DNA of 64,000 nt from Psilocybe cubensis (Eukaryota), in the NCBI GenBank assembly GCA_017499595.2, contig CM039007.1, positions 1,674,001-1,738,000 on the forward strand, given 5' to 3'. Positions 1-14,900 of this stretch are shown here, in pieces; the first letter of the stretch is position 1; every line of letters starts with the position of its first letter. Under the pieces are notes generated by a model. That model saw only the letters and a program-made list of their open reading frames with translations, was not told the DNA's origin and ran no database searches. Both the position numbers and the translations under genes were made by a program.

Positions 1-1081
<1,081 letters not shown>

Positions 1082-2181
1082 AGCGGTGTATTTTGGATGA
1101 CAGGATGAGGGGAGAGCTACTGGTCTTGACCTTCAGGACACTAGCCTTATGTATCTATCAGTTAGTATAGAAGTCGACCATCGCGGGTACAATCTAATCT
1201 GTTCACAACGTGTACACAATCTTTTCAGGCATGAGGATCATGCGTGATATGATATCATCTCATGCAGGGGGTTACATTGTTTTACGTTTTCATATTCGCC
1301 GTCATAATAATACCTGTTAAATAGAAGGACCCTTTGAGTACACTTATTATGAATCGCCACGCTGCTGAAGGTATGTATTCACCGTATATTTGATCTTCTC
1401 AAAGGAAAGGCCGTCATTGAATTGAAGGTGAAGGACTAATGTTAGATAAGAGCAGTGGCATGACGAGATAATTGACTTTAAAGTATCCGATTAGACACAA
1501 AGGGAAAAGCCCAATTGGGTCAAAGGAAGAAAGTCTTTGCATTACATTCGCGTCCGGCGTCGCTTCAGTTTGGATCGCTTGGTCAAGACTTTGAGAGTCC
1601 CTCAAGACGCGATACCCAAACAGGCATAATGCATACCTTGAAGATGAACCTGTAATGATGTCAAGTTGCCAACGTGCTCTAATAATAGTTAATATATCTT
1701 GCTTCACCGAATAGAGCTACTCATTTTTGGGGCCTCAGTACGCCCTAACAATAGATAATCCCTTCTTCAGTACCGAGTAGGATTCCTGGTTCGTGTCCAG
1801 TGTCCACTCTGGGGCCGATTGAGATTTTTGGGCTCTGGAAACCCCCAAACAGTGGGGACGTAGCAACTTGGAAGACTTTTCTCCCTTCTTTTTTACGGTG
1901 GTATATTTAATTATTAGGGTGCGTTGGATATCGAAGTTCGGTCAGAGTAGGGGCACGGCAGTGGCATGGCATGGGTAATGTTGCAACAATATGATCTATT
2001 TAGGTGCGTCATTCACTGACTAGCGCCGAGCAAACTGTATTTATTTTTGGGTGCCGTAATATTTTGGGGTACAAACATACATGCTGGATATTCGTACATC
2101 TACTAATTACAATACTTGCAAATGTCTTGCATTTTTTGCGTTCGGGACATTAATGCAAACGTCCAACAATTGTGCATACAG

Positions 2182-3607
2182 CTAAGCCTTTAGAGCAGCG
2201 ACGACTTCGTTGATTCTGATCACTGTTCCGGGTTCGGTGAACTTTTCAACGATCTCTGCCCTGCAATCCTTCCTCAGACCAAGCGCGAACGAAGAACCAC
2301 CGAAATGGAACATTCCCAAGTCATCGCCACGATTGACGTGTTGACCTTCGGACACCGTGGCTTCACATGTCGAGATTTCGGTCATGCCGATGAACACAAG
2401 GAAAATGAGGCCAATTTCCTTGTTGTCGGCTTCAATAAACATAATTTGCCTTGCGGCAATATTAGAGAAGTAGACAAGAGACTTAAGGTAAGGAGGTGGG
2501 TCGTAATCGTTATCCGGGATAGGGTCGCCAATCGTGCTCGGGGCTTGCGCAAAGTAGGTACCTGGAACGTTGATGATTTTGACGATTGTCCCATTGACGG
2601 GTGCGTGCCATCGGTGGTAAGCGGTGACGTTCAAGAATCCTTGTAGAATACTCCCATGCTCGAATTGTGGGGTGAAAGGGTCATTATTCAGCAAATGCTT
2701 AAGCGAATAAGTCTCTCCTTTGAAAACTAAAGTGTCGAGAGACTGGACGTCATAAGAGACGTTGTAGGAAAGTGATTCGCAAGCAGCAGAAATGAGGGTG
2801 GTGTTGTTAACTCCACCGACGACAGGTCGGTCGATATCTCGGTTTCGAAATCTGCGATTAAAGAAGTCGTCGTAAGAGTTGAAGCCGTAGTATGGGGCAT
2901 TTTTATCGCAGAGGAAGACTTCATCAAATGCGCGTCCATTGTAATGTTTAACCATAGCAGACAAGGCCCGCTCGTTCAACCAGCCGCAATGTCTGTCGTC
3001 GAACTGGTCGGCCACAAGAACATTTCGAGAATCTTTCGAAGACAGGAACAATCCCCAGGTATCGAAAAGTTTTTTGAAGTGAAGGTTCAACCTTTGTCTC
3101 GTGAATGCAGAGAAGCCCGCTCGGGTGTTCATTAATTTGGCCATAATCATATAAACGGGAGGGCCAAGGTCTCCGTAGACGGGAGCTTTGCGAAAGATAT
3201 CGTTGAACATATTACATAGTTCCTGATAATTCCTTGGCTACACATGATAAGTAAGAAAATACAATATACATAAAGTAAAGACTAACAGAGTCCTGAATGC
3301 CCTCGAACATGTCAATAAATTCTTGGTGCACCACCGGGTCGCTTTCAATGAAAGCCTTGAATTCCTGGATAGGTTGCATGAGGCCGAACTCGTTGGAGTA
3401 ATTTCGATTGGAAGCGCGGGTAGCCAACTCTCCTATGAACTCGCTGTAGACCGCATCGCTGACAGAGAGCCATCCCATGTTTCTCAAAGACTCGGGAGTA
3501 GGACATAGTGATCTTATTGCTCTGTGTTTTCAAGTTATAGTAATTAGCGGGTGAAGTCAGCGAATAAAAACGACGTACGCCGAGTTGCACGCGGGTATCA
3601 CCTGCAT
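2182..3607 (-). CDS. psiD: L-tryptophan decarboxylase PsiD (PLP-independent, phosphatidylserine decarboxylase family), 439 aa
   Basis: Exons 3607-3579, 3521-3287 and 3237-2182 with GT-AG introns sum to 1320 nt (439 aa + stop): MQVIPACNSA|AIRSLCPTPES...EGIQDS|PRNYQELCNMFNDIF...YHRWHAP...HFGGSSFALG...VAALKA. The GGSS self-cleavage/pyruvoyl motif is present. Confidence 0.99.
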
Positions 3608-3679
3608 GATCAAGTGTTGGGAGCAGAAATGAGTTATAAAAGTTGGGAGTAGTTTTGCGGCCTTGCGTTGAGGCCCCCA

Positions 3680-3685
3680 TTTATA
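3680..3685 (-). promoter_or_regulatory. Putative TATA box of psiD
   Basis: TATAAA on the minus strand about 73 nt upstream of the psiD ATG. Confidence 0.45.
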
Positions 3686-4558
3686 CAAAGATAAACTATG
3701 ACTAGAGAGAGATGCTCGACCGGGGGGTGCAAGTTCCAACCTTGCGTAAATCAAGCTTCCAGGTCAAACGTCAAGCTGTGATAAATTTAAGTACACCCTT
3801 AGGTACTCAGAGCGTGGCGCGTCTGCCCAGATCGCCGGTTCTTCAACCTAATCCAGTGGTATTGACGTAATGCATGCTTTGTTCTAGCAATGTGGCACAC
3901 GACCTCTTCTTTACTACAGCAAGCATGAGATGTAAGCGTGCATGGAAGGTAGGAAAGGTGATCTAGTGTTAGGCCTGTCGTGCGAAATACTCCTTACCAA
4001 TCTCAGAGATGGATATCTAAGAGGAATTGTTGAAATATCAATTACGAGAAGTAAACAGGTCGGTCATACCCAGGTCATACCTGACGAATGAAATTGGAGA
4101 ACCTAGCCAATACGCGCCATGCTCGAACCGAACACACCCCGAATAGAAAGAAATTATAGATACTCAGGATGGAGAACTGCCGACAATCTTTCCAGGTTCC
4201 AGTGTTGCACCGAACAACTAAGAAGAAAAGCAGGCTGTCCGGCTGGGGGAAAGGTGAGGTGGAGTCAAAGCGGCAGTTGGAACTTGGTTGCAACCGACCT
4301 GCTTCCGATTTCTATTGTGTGCGGTTAGATGAAATCGCCATTACTGTATGAATGCACACGACTATTATGGTGAGACTGTGAAAGCAAGATGAAAACCTCC
4401 ATAAATCTCCTATATCTACGGCCAACAATGAGCAAATTTAATTGATTTAAAAGATAAGATAAAGTACCCTACAAATCGTGTTAGATGCATTAATAATTTA
4501 AAATAGAAAATTATACAAGACGGTGCTGCAAAGGCAAACGTGTAGGCAGGCGTCAACA

Positions 4559-7481
4559 CTAGGCATCGGCAGCTTTGGATTTATGTGCCTTGTCGCGCCG
4601 AATGCGCAAACCCCATTCGTATGACTTGCATAACCAAGTGAGATATGCTATATCAGATACTCTGTCCTCATAGATAAGTCGTTGATGTAGAACATCAATA
4701 TTGCGGAAAGTGAGAAGAGGCGGGACGGTATCATCTGGTACTTCAACTACCGGAGTCATGCGCACTAAAGGACGCTTCCCAACGAGTGCTGTACGTGTGG
4801 ACTGCCATGAAAGTTTGGGTGGTGGGGTTTTGATGCCTTCCGGTGGGTATTTAGCTGCAAATATTCTGAGTTGGGCCATGGATCGCGAGATATCGCCAAT
4901 CCTGTCGAAGAAAAACAGGGGTTAACTTCAGGTATAAATAAGAGTGTTAGATGAAGAAGGACACACAACGCAAGTAACCGAATCCTGGCAATATTAGCGC
5001 GTTCAATGAGACGCGCAGGTAGCCCTTTTCTACCGTTTGAAGAAGCATCTTCAAACGGTAACCATTTTGCCCATACATCATCAGAAAAAGTCGAAGCTAT
5101 CTCCCTTTCGGGTCCACGGCGAGCCTTTGCACATCTTTCTAGAGCATCCACACAGGACAAGGGACTACATTCAATCCCGACCCGATCGAATATTGTATTA
5201 AAAACCTCTCGAGCTTTGGCCAAAGGCGCGTGGGCGTAGTATACAGAGAGATAGGAACTTATAAGTCGCGGAGTGATTGTGACATATTGGAATGGTTTCG
5301 AGAATGGAACAGCAGATGGGGAACCTTCCTCCAGCAAGGACGAGGATGACTTGCGGTCCTGAATAATAGCCTCGAGGAGGAATTGAACTTCTTGGATGAC
5401 CTCCTCGCTGGTTTGCGGTGGCGTGCGAAGGAAGACCGAAGACGATGGAGGTTCATCTTCTTTTGCAATATACCCCTCACCATCCATACTTTCATGCAAC
5501 TCGGTCAAAGCTTCAGTGGCATTAACTACATTGTCAACAATATGCTGTGCTTCCTCGTTTGACGACGACGATGCTGTTGGTGGCGATCGCTGAGCTGTGT
5601 CCACCTCTGACACCTCGTCAGTTGCCACGGAAGGAATTCTTGAGCGTACGATTGGTGGCTTATAGGATGCATACGTGTGGAAAATATGGGACATTGCTTC
5701 ATGGCCAATTTTCACGTCAACGGAATTAGGTTCATCTCCCGTCCGTCTCCTGGCCATCTCGGCTAATATCCATCTGGCCTTCGCGAGGTCCCCAATCCTT
5801 TTGCAGCCCTCGAGTAATGCACAGAAAGTCTTGTAGTCCGGTCTAAAAGCTGAGAAGCCTCGTGCGTCTCGATGAGAGTCCAACATTCGCCTGGCGAGCC
5901 GGAACGCTTCGCTGACGTATGATTTATCGCCGGACCTTGCGCAAGCCAGAATAACAGCGTTATAAGAAGCGATCGTAGGTGAAATATTGTGATCAGATGT
6001 CATCTCCGTCCATAAATCGAGGGCTTTTTCTGGTTCCGACGAGTATGCGACAGAAACGGGAAATGCGCAAGCTTCGATCATAAGAGTGTATAGTTCAGCG
6101 TCTGGGTCTGGGTGGGCGACATAACGCATGTGCGAGAATAGGTCCCATGCATGAGCACGGGCGAGTGATGACGAACGGGACAAAAGGGATGCGATGACAC
6201 ATGTATATGTCTTCATGGGTGCAGGTATATTTCGGTTCTCATACTCGTGGAGGAGAGTCAGTGCGGATTCGGGAATGTCTCGGATATTGGTAGACAGAAG
6301 ATGTGTTCGAACATGAAGATCACGCTGCACTTCCGTCGGGGGACCTGTTGAAATTATATCAAGCTCAATACAGACATGAAGCATAGTGCACAAACCAGTT
6401 AAAAAATCGGAAAGCAATCTGTCAGCAATCAAGGCCTTTCTAGCTGACATGCACAAGCTCAGGATACTTGTAAGAACTTCCTCGGTTATAGGCAGACCAG
6501 AGGTCTAGGTGAAGTGGTTAGCATATCGAAAACGGCGGCATGGTGACTCCAACCTTGGCAACTTCCAATGCTACCTCCGCTGTAGTCCAATCCTTTTCCT
6601 TTATCTTGAATGAATTTTGTTGTCAATCATGGAAAAAAGGCGAATAGATGGAACTGACGCACACAAGCCCTGACCAACGCTTCGTATTCCCTAGCAGATA
6701 AAACGCCCATTGGAACCAACGGTTGACTTGACGCATTTGGATCGGCCCTCCTTCTTGCAGCTTCAACACGTGAAACAATATCTTTTGCCCTGCGTAAGAT
6801 GCGCATATGACTTGGCAACATTGCTGGTTCGCCTTCAGGAGGACATAGCCGTTTTTCTAATTGGTCTATGATGACCAAATCCTCTTGTGCTCGCAACTCC
6901 CCGATGGCCTTTTCTTCTGCTTCCCGCGAAGCTTGGTCATTCACTTCGGAATCTGGAATGGCGAGAACATCCTCATAGAACGCCATTAATTCTTCTTCTT
7001 GGTAAAAAAATGGTTGCGCCGCCATTTTCTACACAATCTATTAGGAACAGTCTTGAAAGACAGGCGGACGACTGACATCTGCTTCAATAGCTTCATCCAA
7101 CGCCATGACTCGCTTCCCTAGCTCTTGTATACTGAGAGTTACTTTCTCTGCCGAGGCACTCGCGCTGCCAGCAGTGGCGACTTCAATATTTGAAGGCATC
7201 GTGTAGGGTCTTGAAAAGAATTAGTTAGGCGAGGCAAGAAAAAAATCAACATACTTTAATGACATTGCTTCAGGAATCCTTTGATCCATGAATTCCTTGA
7301 ATGCCGATGACGACGCCATACTGGAGGATGCTACCTCATGGTGGACAAATCGTCTCCCAAAGGCTCTATTCCATCGCAATGTACTGCAAACCGAGCCCGA
7401 CAACCTTGATGGTGCGCCTGACACCCGCAAAAGAGTTAGGTCCAGTAGGGCTGGTGGCAAAGAAGCTGCCGCGTACGACAT
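4559..7481 (-). CDS. Pentatricopeptide-repeat (PPR) protein, probably mitochondrial; multi-exon
   Basis: ORFs 7221-7481, 6627-7025, 4765-6456 and 4559-4879 are separated by short introns. PPR-like units include TYTCVIASL, PDAELYTLMIEAC, PTIASYNAVILACARSG and PDYKTFCALLEGCKRIGD. The N-terminus is Arg/Ser-rich like a presequence. Confidence 0.85.
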
Positions 7482-8017
7482 GACAATAGTGCCGGGCGTT
7501 GAAGATGACAGTGAAGGGCCAGAGACTGCCTGCTCCGTTCAACAACTGTAAGAACAGCGCAGGGGAAAAATTAGATATCACGTGCTGATGCCCCTATCTG
7601 CTCATTTCAAAATGGTGCCTCTCTCGGAGTCTCATCAGCCTCAGGTCATTCCCACTGTACAGTCATACCACCACTGAACACACTCCATGCTGACTCCGTA
7701 AACTACGGAATATCTTTTTCCTGATAAGTAGCTATTCACTTTTTATGCTATCCTTGGGCTTTAACACTTGTCAATATTGTTTATGCTCACTCTGCTCACG
7801 AGGATGCCATGATAACTTTCAGGAGAGCAAGAAGCAGCCTGCTTCGAGGAGACAGATGTCAAAATATCCTGTCTTCTACGGAAAGGATACAATACAATTT
7901 GCAACTTGATACTAAATAATAATTGCTTGTTCCGCGTTCCTGATTCCAAGCGAAGGCACCGAGTCCGAAGTAACGTGTAATGGCGGTGAGAGCACTTTCG
8001 TTATCAGCCATGTCGCA

Positions 8018-8744
8018 TCACAAACCAAGCGATCCTAACACCAGGCCTAGAGCTAGGCCACTCATTATCCCGGCAATGTCAACCAATCTTTTTTTCGCTG
8101 AGTAAATTTTCCGTCTAGGTGTTGAAAGAGAAGCGGACTTACAATTGGGCAAGAAGGTTCAGCACACCTGCTGTCGAATTTTCCAATCCAACAAGAACCT
8201 GGTTGAGTGAGGCATCTAATCCTAGAGTCGCCACAACGAGGTTTACACCAGGTATCGTTCTCTTGGCGTTATTCAAAGTCCTGACAATATTCTGTCGATA
8301 TGTGATATTAATACGTGAATTTCTTCAACCTTATGAACGGGACCCACCGAAACAATTGGTGCAGTAGCGGCTGCAATGGTTGCTGGAGAACCACCTGTGG
8401 GACTGACAGTTCCGAGCAAGGCGAGCGATGCAGATGCCGTGTTCAAGGATGCGACGAGGCTTGCCACAAGGGGTGTAAGTGTTACAGAGGATGGCAAGAT
8501 GCTCCCAGCAACAGTGTCTAACAAACTATGAGTTATAATTTTATAGTTAGTCAGACATAAATTGGTTGCACATACCAATACTAGAAAGAATTGGGGTGGT
8601 CGCGGTTTCAAGAGTATTGATGATTGCGAGAACATCAGAGATGTCGGCTCTTTTTTCGACATGAGTCTCAGAAGGTGTGGGGCTCGACGAAGCCGCAATA
8701 GCGCCCATCGCGAGGAAAGTCAGAATGTATCTTGAGAATATCAT
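8018..8744 (-). CDS. Secreted helical protein, POXA3 laccase small subunit / Sc15-like
   Basis: Spliced product MIFSRYILTFLAMGAIAASSSPTPSETHVEKR-ADISDVLAIINTL...LVASLNTASASL...LDASLNQVLVGLENSTAGVLNLLAQL|LVDIAGIMSGLALGLVLGSLGL*. It has a signal peptide, a Kex2-type KR site, and a C-terminus matching this family as recalled. Confidence 0.75.
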
Positions 8745-9856
8745 GAGCAACGTTTGTTTTAGATATTTTCAGATGCAATATGGACATCTCGCTTTTATAC
8801 CTGTAGAAATTCAGAGAAGCATTTACATAGCATGAAAACCTCCGATGACATGAGTCTAAACCCTGTCAAAGATGAAATGCGTATCAGAGCTGTTTGCAGG
8901 GACACCTGGCTCCGTCGACTTCCCGATCGATAAATTTGTTAAAATTTCGACAGCGTGTTGGAAACCAATAAAAATTTTTCAGAGCGATTCGTCAAGAACT
9001 GAGGTACACTTTAGACACATTGATTGTTGAGCTTGTGTGATTTTCTCAAAGACCAAAGAGCTTCCCCCTTTGTCATGCATCCGGAAGGTACCCTACGAGA
9101 TCGTCCGGATCGGTTCCGGGAGAGTGAGCACAAAGAATCATTACCTATCAATGTCCAAGTAGACATACTATGCTGACCATCACGTCTTTATATAGATTTC
9201 TAGATATCACACAATAGAATCCCTTGTAACGATAGCCTAACTTGCGCCTCTTCTGAGCAGACCAAGATTATCAGCGGGAATTTGAAAATAGTTTGACGAC
9301 CTTCCTCTAGTCCCCTCTAGTTGCTTGGTCATAGGGGGAGAGGTAACCCTGACTTGTCGAGAAACGTATACAGACCCTATAACTCTTTACATACGCAAGG
9401 ACGAAATTTGATGGCTTCTAGTTTTCTGCGGCACCAGGGGTATTCTACTTCATTATTTTTCTACAGTAACATTATCCCTGTGTGGGAAACATATGTTAGA
9501 GCGCCTATCACTGACACTATGCCATTTACGGATCACGTCAATAGCGTCTATACGCCACACGTCCCCGCAACAGATTGCCACACTACTCCGATTAAATAAT
9601 GCTTTCGAAATTTTATATCTTTTAATAGATGGTTAGGTGCCTTCATCGATTAAACCACGTTTGTTTGATATAACATGTTTAAACGAGCAGTAAGGGGCCA
9701 AGGGCTAGTCAATTAAATATATCCCACCTTGCTTATCCGCTTAATTGTTCCCAGAAAAGAGCATTGCAATAGAAACTACCCGAATTTTCCGAACATGCGC
9801 CCAGGTTCACATAGTAAACATGATAGTTATATTGGAAACAAATGTTTTATAATATT

Positions 9857-11157
9857 CTATACACGTTTTTGGAGGGTAATACGAGTCCCAGACCTCGCAC
9901 TGGCCTCGATTGCTTGAATAAGATGATGATTCTTCACCGCATCTTCAATGGTGGCAAAGTTTCCGGTACCACCAGCAGCAAATTCTCTCCACGCTACACC
10001 AAGCGACTGCAGGATGTCTCCAGGGGCATCGAATTCGAATTTCTTGCCGTTAATATAAAGGTCAGGTTCGTAAATGCTTGGGTAGGCCACAGGAGCCTCC
10101 ATTCTGATGCTACCTTCGTCTCCTTCGATCTCCCATATGTATTGTCGTCGTCCTTCGCTGGACGCATAGCCTGCGCGCCAGAATATATTGACCATAGTCC
10201 CACTTTCTAAAAATCCAGTGATAGAAAAATGGTCTGGATTTGTAGAGGGATAGGTCTTCTCAGTCGGTTTTCCCTCACTGTCAACGACAGTTCCAACAGG
10301 AAAGAAAATTGCGTCAGTCGCCGAAATCGTGACAAAGTCACCGAGGAGGAAAGTGAGAATATCAAGCTGATGAATAATAGGTATATCTAACATGGTTGAC
10401 CCTGTGGTTCATGTATTAGCAATGTAATTTGCAATGGTATGAACTATTGCTCACCATTCTCCCTTTGAGTTAACCTTAAGTCCTTCTCTGATGAGAAAGG
10501 TGTCCACAAATTTAGCTCACGCGGCATGAGAGCAAACTATACGGCCGTCAGAAATTACACAGTAGGCAATAAAGTGTATGTGTCTTCTGCTTACTACGTT
10601 AGTAGATCTAACTGTCCCGATCACACCAGAAGACAACAGTTCCTTGACCTGACTCGGAACTTTCTGAGAAGGGCTCCAGAATAAAAGCAATGAAAGGACG
10701 CATTTACCTTCCGAGTTACCATTGAATGCCTTCCTTGTAAACCTACAATCGACCGAACTCCACTTTTACGAGCAGCTTCTGCCATTTCTTCCGTGTCTTT
10801 CAGCGACGCTCCAGCTGGCCACTCTACAAAGAAGTCTTTTGTGGCCTCTATAGCGCGCATTACGACAGATTTGTGATGTGGAGCAGCAACAGCCACTGCA
10901 ACTAAATCAACGTCACTATCAGCAGAAATGCGTGAGGCGTCGCCAAAATACGCCTTGATAGGATGTCCAACCCATTTCGAATACTTTTCTGCAGATTTCT
11001 TCGCCGATTCTTCGGATGTCGTGGACACAGCTACAATGTCATATGCACCGGTCAAGGATGGCTGTATAAGTGACGGGGCGAGAGCCGTTGACGCCCATCC
11101 CGTCGAAGATAGACCGACAAAGCCTACTCCAATTACAGGTTTCGTAGGTGGGGACAT
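9857..11157 (-). CDS. Gfo/Idh/MocA-family NAD(P)-binding oxidoreductase (Gal80-like)
   Basis: GVGFVGLSSTGWAS Rossmann start, DVDLVAVAV, FVEWP, VGLQGR and HQLD motifs. ORFs 10621-11181 and 9857-10393 plus small exons between them. Confidence 0.9.
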
Positions 11158-11982
11158 GTCAAAAGTTGATGCTTTGAACAATGTTTGACAATTGGCAAAT
11201 TGCTCCTTTCTATAGTTTTGGGAAGCAGCTTGGCAGCAGCAACATGCGTAAGGCGTTCAATGTGCGTATTCAAGACACCTTGCACCATTCCGTGTTTGAA
11301 TCGATGAAGATGGTTCTTGTCTAACTCAGACACTGAGCAAGCATATAAATCTTGTTGTAGCTGACACTTCGTGGATTGTCAGTGCAATAGGGGTCAGTAA
11401 GCAACATGACGTTTGCGAACTATTCTTTTCCGCATCCGGTGTACCTCTTTGAAAATATGAGGATGGCACTGAAGATTGATTCGATTGTAAAATTAGCTCG
11501 TAGTGACCGAAGGGCTGCGATTTGGTTAAACACTCTCAATCCAACACCAAGTTTACTATCGGTGTATGAGATTGGTTGGTGAAAGAGCGGGAAATCGGCA
11601 AGCAATTCATACGGTTTCTGGGCCATTTGTAAGGTTTTTGGCTTAATAAGTTAAAACTTTCAATAGGCTTGATGATTTGTGTACTGCACTGCGCATTGTC
11701 AAAGTAATAAGTAATAATAAGCATGTTAAGCAACTTCGGGTCTTACACATGTTCTGACAAGATTAGAAAGATTTCAATATGATGGTGCGCGCTGGTGTGC
11801 GTCGACTGATTGACCGGATTTCTGATAGCCGCGCTTACTCGCCGCGATTCTTCAAACAGAAAACGATGCACATTCCATATTTTGCAATGAAAACGATTGT
11901 CGAACTTCTTCAAAATGTAACAAATGGTATATAGCTACGATACGTATCTGGATTCCACAAAGCACGAACCATATGTAGATAC

Positions 11983-14900
11983 TCAAACTTGAATACTTTC
12001 TGGAGGACCGAGGTAGCTTGGTTGTAATCCACCTGCGTCTATATACTGAGTCAGAAATCGACGGCACAAATAGAGAAGACAAAATTTTTACCTATGACAA
12101 TCTTCTGGATCACCACAGCAGGTTCCATCATTGAAATCTAGTGGGAGAAGGAAATCGTTGAATAAAACTGGGAAGCGTTAAGAACTTTTATATTCTCACC
12201 TTCAATGTATGAGCACCGGGGCGGACACCGCTGAATTTTGTCGGCGTTGTGATAATTGAATTAGCAACCCATCCATCATTACCATCCCACCCATTGGGAA
12301 GGCCTCCGGGTACCTCAGGGCCAATGGGTACAACTTTCACAGGAGCTTGTGAGTCAATCTGAAGGGAGTATGCTAAAGGTTGCTGGTCCGTGTTCGAGTT
12401 GAGTGATGGTGAAAGGTAAACAATCACGGTCACATTATCACCAGCTGCGTTATTATTGAAGTTTACGAAATCGTACTCCCTGGTTTAGAATTCAGAGACA
12501 GTGGGGGAAATTGATCACTTCCGAGTCACTTACAAAGTTGGCCCCGCACCAGCAGTAAAGTTGACATCTCCCAGGGGCATGGGAGTAACAGCGGATAGCG
12601 TTTTTCCAAGTCCAGGGAGTTCCGTCCAGGAAATTCCTTGAACAGTCGTTTTTCGGCTGGCATGCGCCGCTTCAATTGATACGACACCTGTGCCTTCCAC
12701 GAAACCTATAAAATATAAGCATGCTTTCACAGCATTATACCAGACAAAAATACCTTTGAATCCACTGGGAGGTGTATTCTTTACTGCAAAGAACATTACA
12801 GGTACAACCAGAGGGGCTTGTCCAGTGGCAGTGGCAGTGAATGTAATTTGAGCCGAGTTGCTTCCAGCGCTGAGTTTGCTCCAGTCTGTGACACTGGCAA
12901 TTACTCGTTGTTCTGGAGCACTGGGAGAAATAGATCCCTTCGCCGGCGTAAGCTTCAACCAAGTCACATTACTGGTGGCAGTGAATGTGAAAGGAGTAGG
13001 TCCACCGGCGCCAACGTCAAAGTAGCGGTCAGCAATAGGTGAGAAATTATCCAAAGTGACGGAGGGTGGCGGGCAGCTGTATCCTTGCGCACATTGATTA
13101 GGGTTATCTCCCGGCCTATGAAACGAAAATGAGACTATGGAAAGTAAAACGGTATTGGAATGGACTGGACATACCAGGCACCTAGAGTACCTTCGGGTAC
13201 AATTCGCATGACTCCTGCAAGGGCATTCTTTTTCGATTGAACTCTGGAAATCATCGGCATGCTAATAAATTCGATGAATATCGTTAAACAGTTTCAATAA
13301 TTGGATCTCAATTACCTGTTGGTCATGGGCTGTTGCCAGTAAAAGTATCCCAGATCTGTGTCGTTCAGGTTAATAATGTTATTGACAGAGAGCCAAACTA
13401 TCTCTTACGTGTTTGATCCATCATGCTTCATTGAGATGAAGTTTAGACTTAGGCGTACAAGACTGCCAGAAAAGAACGTACTGATCCCATTTTCCTAAGT
13501 ACAACGTCAGTGCTATAAATGTCATAATCCCGAAAATTCCTTACCATCAAGAATAGTGTGATACTGCGTCTCAATGTCAAAGTCATGTTCAAACAATTGC
13601 TCGACTGTATCCGCCAGTTGGTTTGTGCTCAACTGTATTCTCTTTATTCGCATTGTCTAAGCATCATTTAAGAAATAACTTACTCTGGCTTGGGACGCCC
13701 TCATATTATTTTGTCCTGCTGTGATCAACTAAATGACGAAGAATCAGATGACAATCTACACAAATCAGAATGGAAAACAGACCATCTTAGCGACATTGCT
13801 GCTCGCAATGACCGGATGGTGCACAAGTTGGAAGAAAGCCGGTTGCATGGTCTTTGACAAGCTATTATAAATTTTGGTTGACGCCGCCTCAAGAGCTGCC
13901 CAATCCGCCAGTACATTATCCGCTCTAAACCAAAATCAATGAAAAATATTCAACAGCAGAGAACCATTGACCTACTCTCTGTAATTGATCAAGCTGTATG
14001 TTGTCGAGTTCAACAGCTCCGGCTTCCGTCGGGCGTTGAATCTTGTCAGATTAGCGACGATATTGGCAACGGTGACCGTGTCTTGCTGTGACAAATCGAA
14101 CTCGCGAGTGGCCCACTGGCTGACAAACGACTGCACGTTGGCAGGTGTCCAGCGAGTCGCATTCCATCCGTAACTGAGGAAGAACTCGGTTTCTCGTTCG
14201 TATGGCTTGAGATCACCAACATTCAGAATCCAAAGGCGGTCAGCTTGACGCTGGATTGCAAGGGACATTTGTTGATGAATCTAATTTGGGTCAGCATGGA
14301 TATTTTTACCCCAACGGTTTAAGCACCTTCTCGATTTGTGAACTCTAACAAGATTCATAAATTAAGCAGGCAATAGAACACTGCTGTACTGTTCAACTCA
14401 CCGTGATCCATTTGTAATCTCTTGGGTCTCCGACCTATGCGCCGAGCTTGGGTCAACAATTTTGACATTTAACCAAAAAAACTTACATAGTCGACCTAAT
14501 AAAATAGCCAAAGTGAGCATACGTTCTTACGCAAAATAATTAGATTTTACGTGGTAATAGACACCAGCACCTCCTGTCCTGTTCCGTTCAGATATCGTAG
14601 GGAACCGCCGAACATTTCCCCAGCTGCAAAACGTTCAGCTCGTTGGACATAAACTCTAGGAGTAGGAGAACCGACTTACTTATCGTCTGACCAAAGTAAA
14701 GTCACGTAATCAGGAACACGCATTCCATCGTCGTAGTATCCCTCTACCTCCTTGTCTAATTTTGCCATTGAATAAATCTTAAGGGCTAGACAACTGCAGA
14801 AGAGACGCACAGAGAGCCCAGATCTGAGGGATACCTGACACATCGGTTTCATTGTAAACTTGTTGTAGAATTTGCGTTTGGTTAGCAATAACACTCTCGA

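Noticed and set aside
1414-1707. 97-aa ORF between psiM and psiD as a possible extra cluster gene
   Set aside because: Non-ATG start, no recognisable motif or splice structure; probably intergenic.
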